A stretch of 63,395 nt of DNA, counting the filler, from Octopus bimaculoides (Eukaryota), in the NCBI RefSeq assembly GCF_001194135.2. It is 4 parts of 4 records of this genome, joined end to end, with 100 filler letters (N's around TTAATTAATTAA, not from the genome) between each part and the next. Parts side by side here need not be neighbours in the genome. Positions count along the whole stretch, not along the records: positions 62,020 to 63,395 come from NC_069005.1; 3 more parts are not named here. The stretch is one strand, 5' to 3'. The notes below the pieces were generated by a model, which saw only the letters and a list, made by a program, of their open reading frames with translations, made no database searches and was not told where the DNA came from. The translations under genes were made by a program, and so were the position numbers. Of this stretch, positions 62,051-63,395 are shown one piece after another (within the stretch, counting starts at the first letter, position 1; every line of letters starts with the position of its first letter).

Positions 62051-63354
62051 ATATATGCATGTATATACTTATAGCATGTATACATGTATGCTGGTATGTA
62101 CGTAATATTTATGTGTGTATGTTCTTCTTATGCTTGTTCTGAATATTTTGAACGCCATCATTCCACTGCGTCATGCTTGAAATTGTCAACGAATAAATTT
62201 TTCTCGTTTTAATTTGAATTTCAACTCATCCAGTGTGTAACATCTTCGTCATTTCTGGAATTAATTTGCAAAAGTTATAAGGCTTCAACCGTTGGAAAAA
62301 ATATATAATGGAATTTTATTTCTAACAATCTTATACTTCTCATGCTGATTGTTTTTCTCATTCCGTTGCTACCCGGATCTCTTATTTTCTGTTGATGTGC
62401 GATTCGAGTTCATTTTTCTTTCACGAAGCATATAAAATGTTCTAACTCTGCATCGCGTCTGTAAGATATTTACGTAACATGTATTGCTTGTTTCACGACG
62501 CAGATTTCAGCTCGGATTTAGCAGTTATCTCTTGTTACCATAAGTAACTGAATTGAATTCGTGTTCACATTAACTTACCAAATTCTAACCTTTATCTTCT
62601 ATATTTTATTTTTGTCAGTGTTTAAACTGCGGTCGTCGTTGTATCAACTGTCAGATTAATGTAATCATCGTATTCCAATTTCTTTTATATTCAATGAGTT
62701 GACGAACAGATGAACAACTATCTTTCCACACATACACAACACCGGCTACGCTTTCAGTTTCTTCGAATAAAGTTGTCAGAAAGTTCATCGTTAATTCCGT
62801 GAAATATTCACGGGTCGCGCTAGTAATAATAATTAAAGTAGCACAAAACGCCAACAGCAACAACATTAATAATAATAATAATAATGATTTCACATTTTGG
62901 CACAAGGCCTCAGTGTTGAAACTAGTACTTATTTTATCGGCCCCGAAAGGGTGAAAGCTTAGAAATACAACAAAAAGATAAGCAACGAAAATCTAGATAC
63001 GTTTCATGTCACGATTTGAGTTGATAGAAAATTATAACGAAGACGTATTTTGAGCTTAGCCTGGTTTTAAGTAGCTTACATCGCAATACAGGATTCCGCT
63101 TCTGATGAAATCTCGGTCTGATTGCAGAAACACATCCTCACAGCTTTTTCTCTAATGAAATTGTCTTTCCATTTATGCAATGTGACTCCAGTAGAATTAT
63201 TTCCCCGTTATTCTGCAGTTATTTCTATTGCTAACAGAACGATTGTCGTACATTCTCTGGAAGAGGAGGTACTTTCAAGCAATCAACAATTTATTTTGCA
63301 CGACGTTTTAACATCATCTTATATAACATTATATATGTATACATACATACGCAT

Positions 63355-63395
<41 letters not shown>

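Overview
Repeat-dense, AT-rich eukaryotic genomic window, almost certainly from an octopod cephalopod. This is inferred from a mitochondrial insertion in ND5-trnH-ND4-ND4L-trnT order and from abundant tRNA-derived SINEs plus RTE LINEs with (GAT)n tails. It is a draft assembly with many N gaps and three artificial TTAATTAATTAA spacers. Two host-gene exons can be read from the sequence. The first is a 62-bp minus-strand exon (1410-1471), missed by the ORF track, encoding the RING finger core of a Hakai/CBLL1-like E3 ligase. The second is an intact 1.1-kb plus-strand terminal exon (37549-38658) resembling the UPF0489 (C5orf22-like, arginase/deacetylase-fold) family; about 1 kb downstream lies a ~45-bp-arm hairpin next to an AATAAA. 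The rest is largely decayed, nested mobile DNA: RTE LINEs, a Penelope-like RT split by an RTE, a solo-LTR candidate, Gypsy integrase, Tc1/mariner, piggyBac and its MITEs, Helitrons and a foldback element. A ~2.7-kb nuclear mitochondrial segment (NUMT) directly abuts a truncated Helitron. I do not see a clearly new multi-gene system; the best leads are the UPF0489-like exon with its hairpin, the NUMT-Helitron junction and the foldback element. TE boundaries are approximate.
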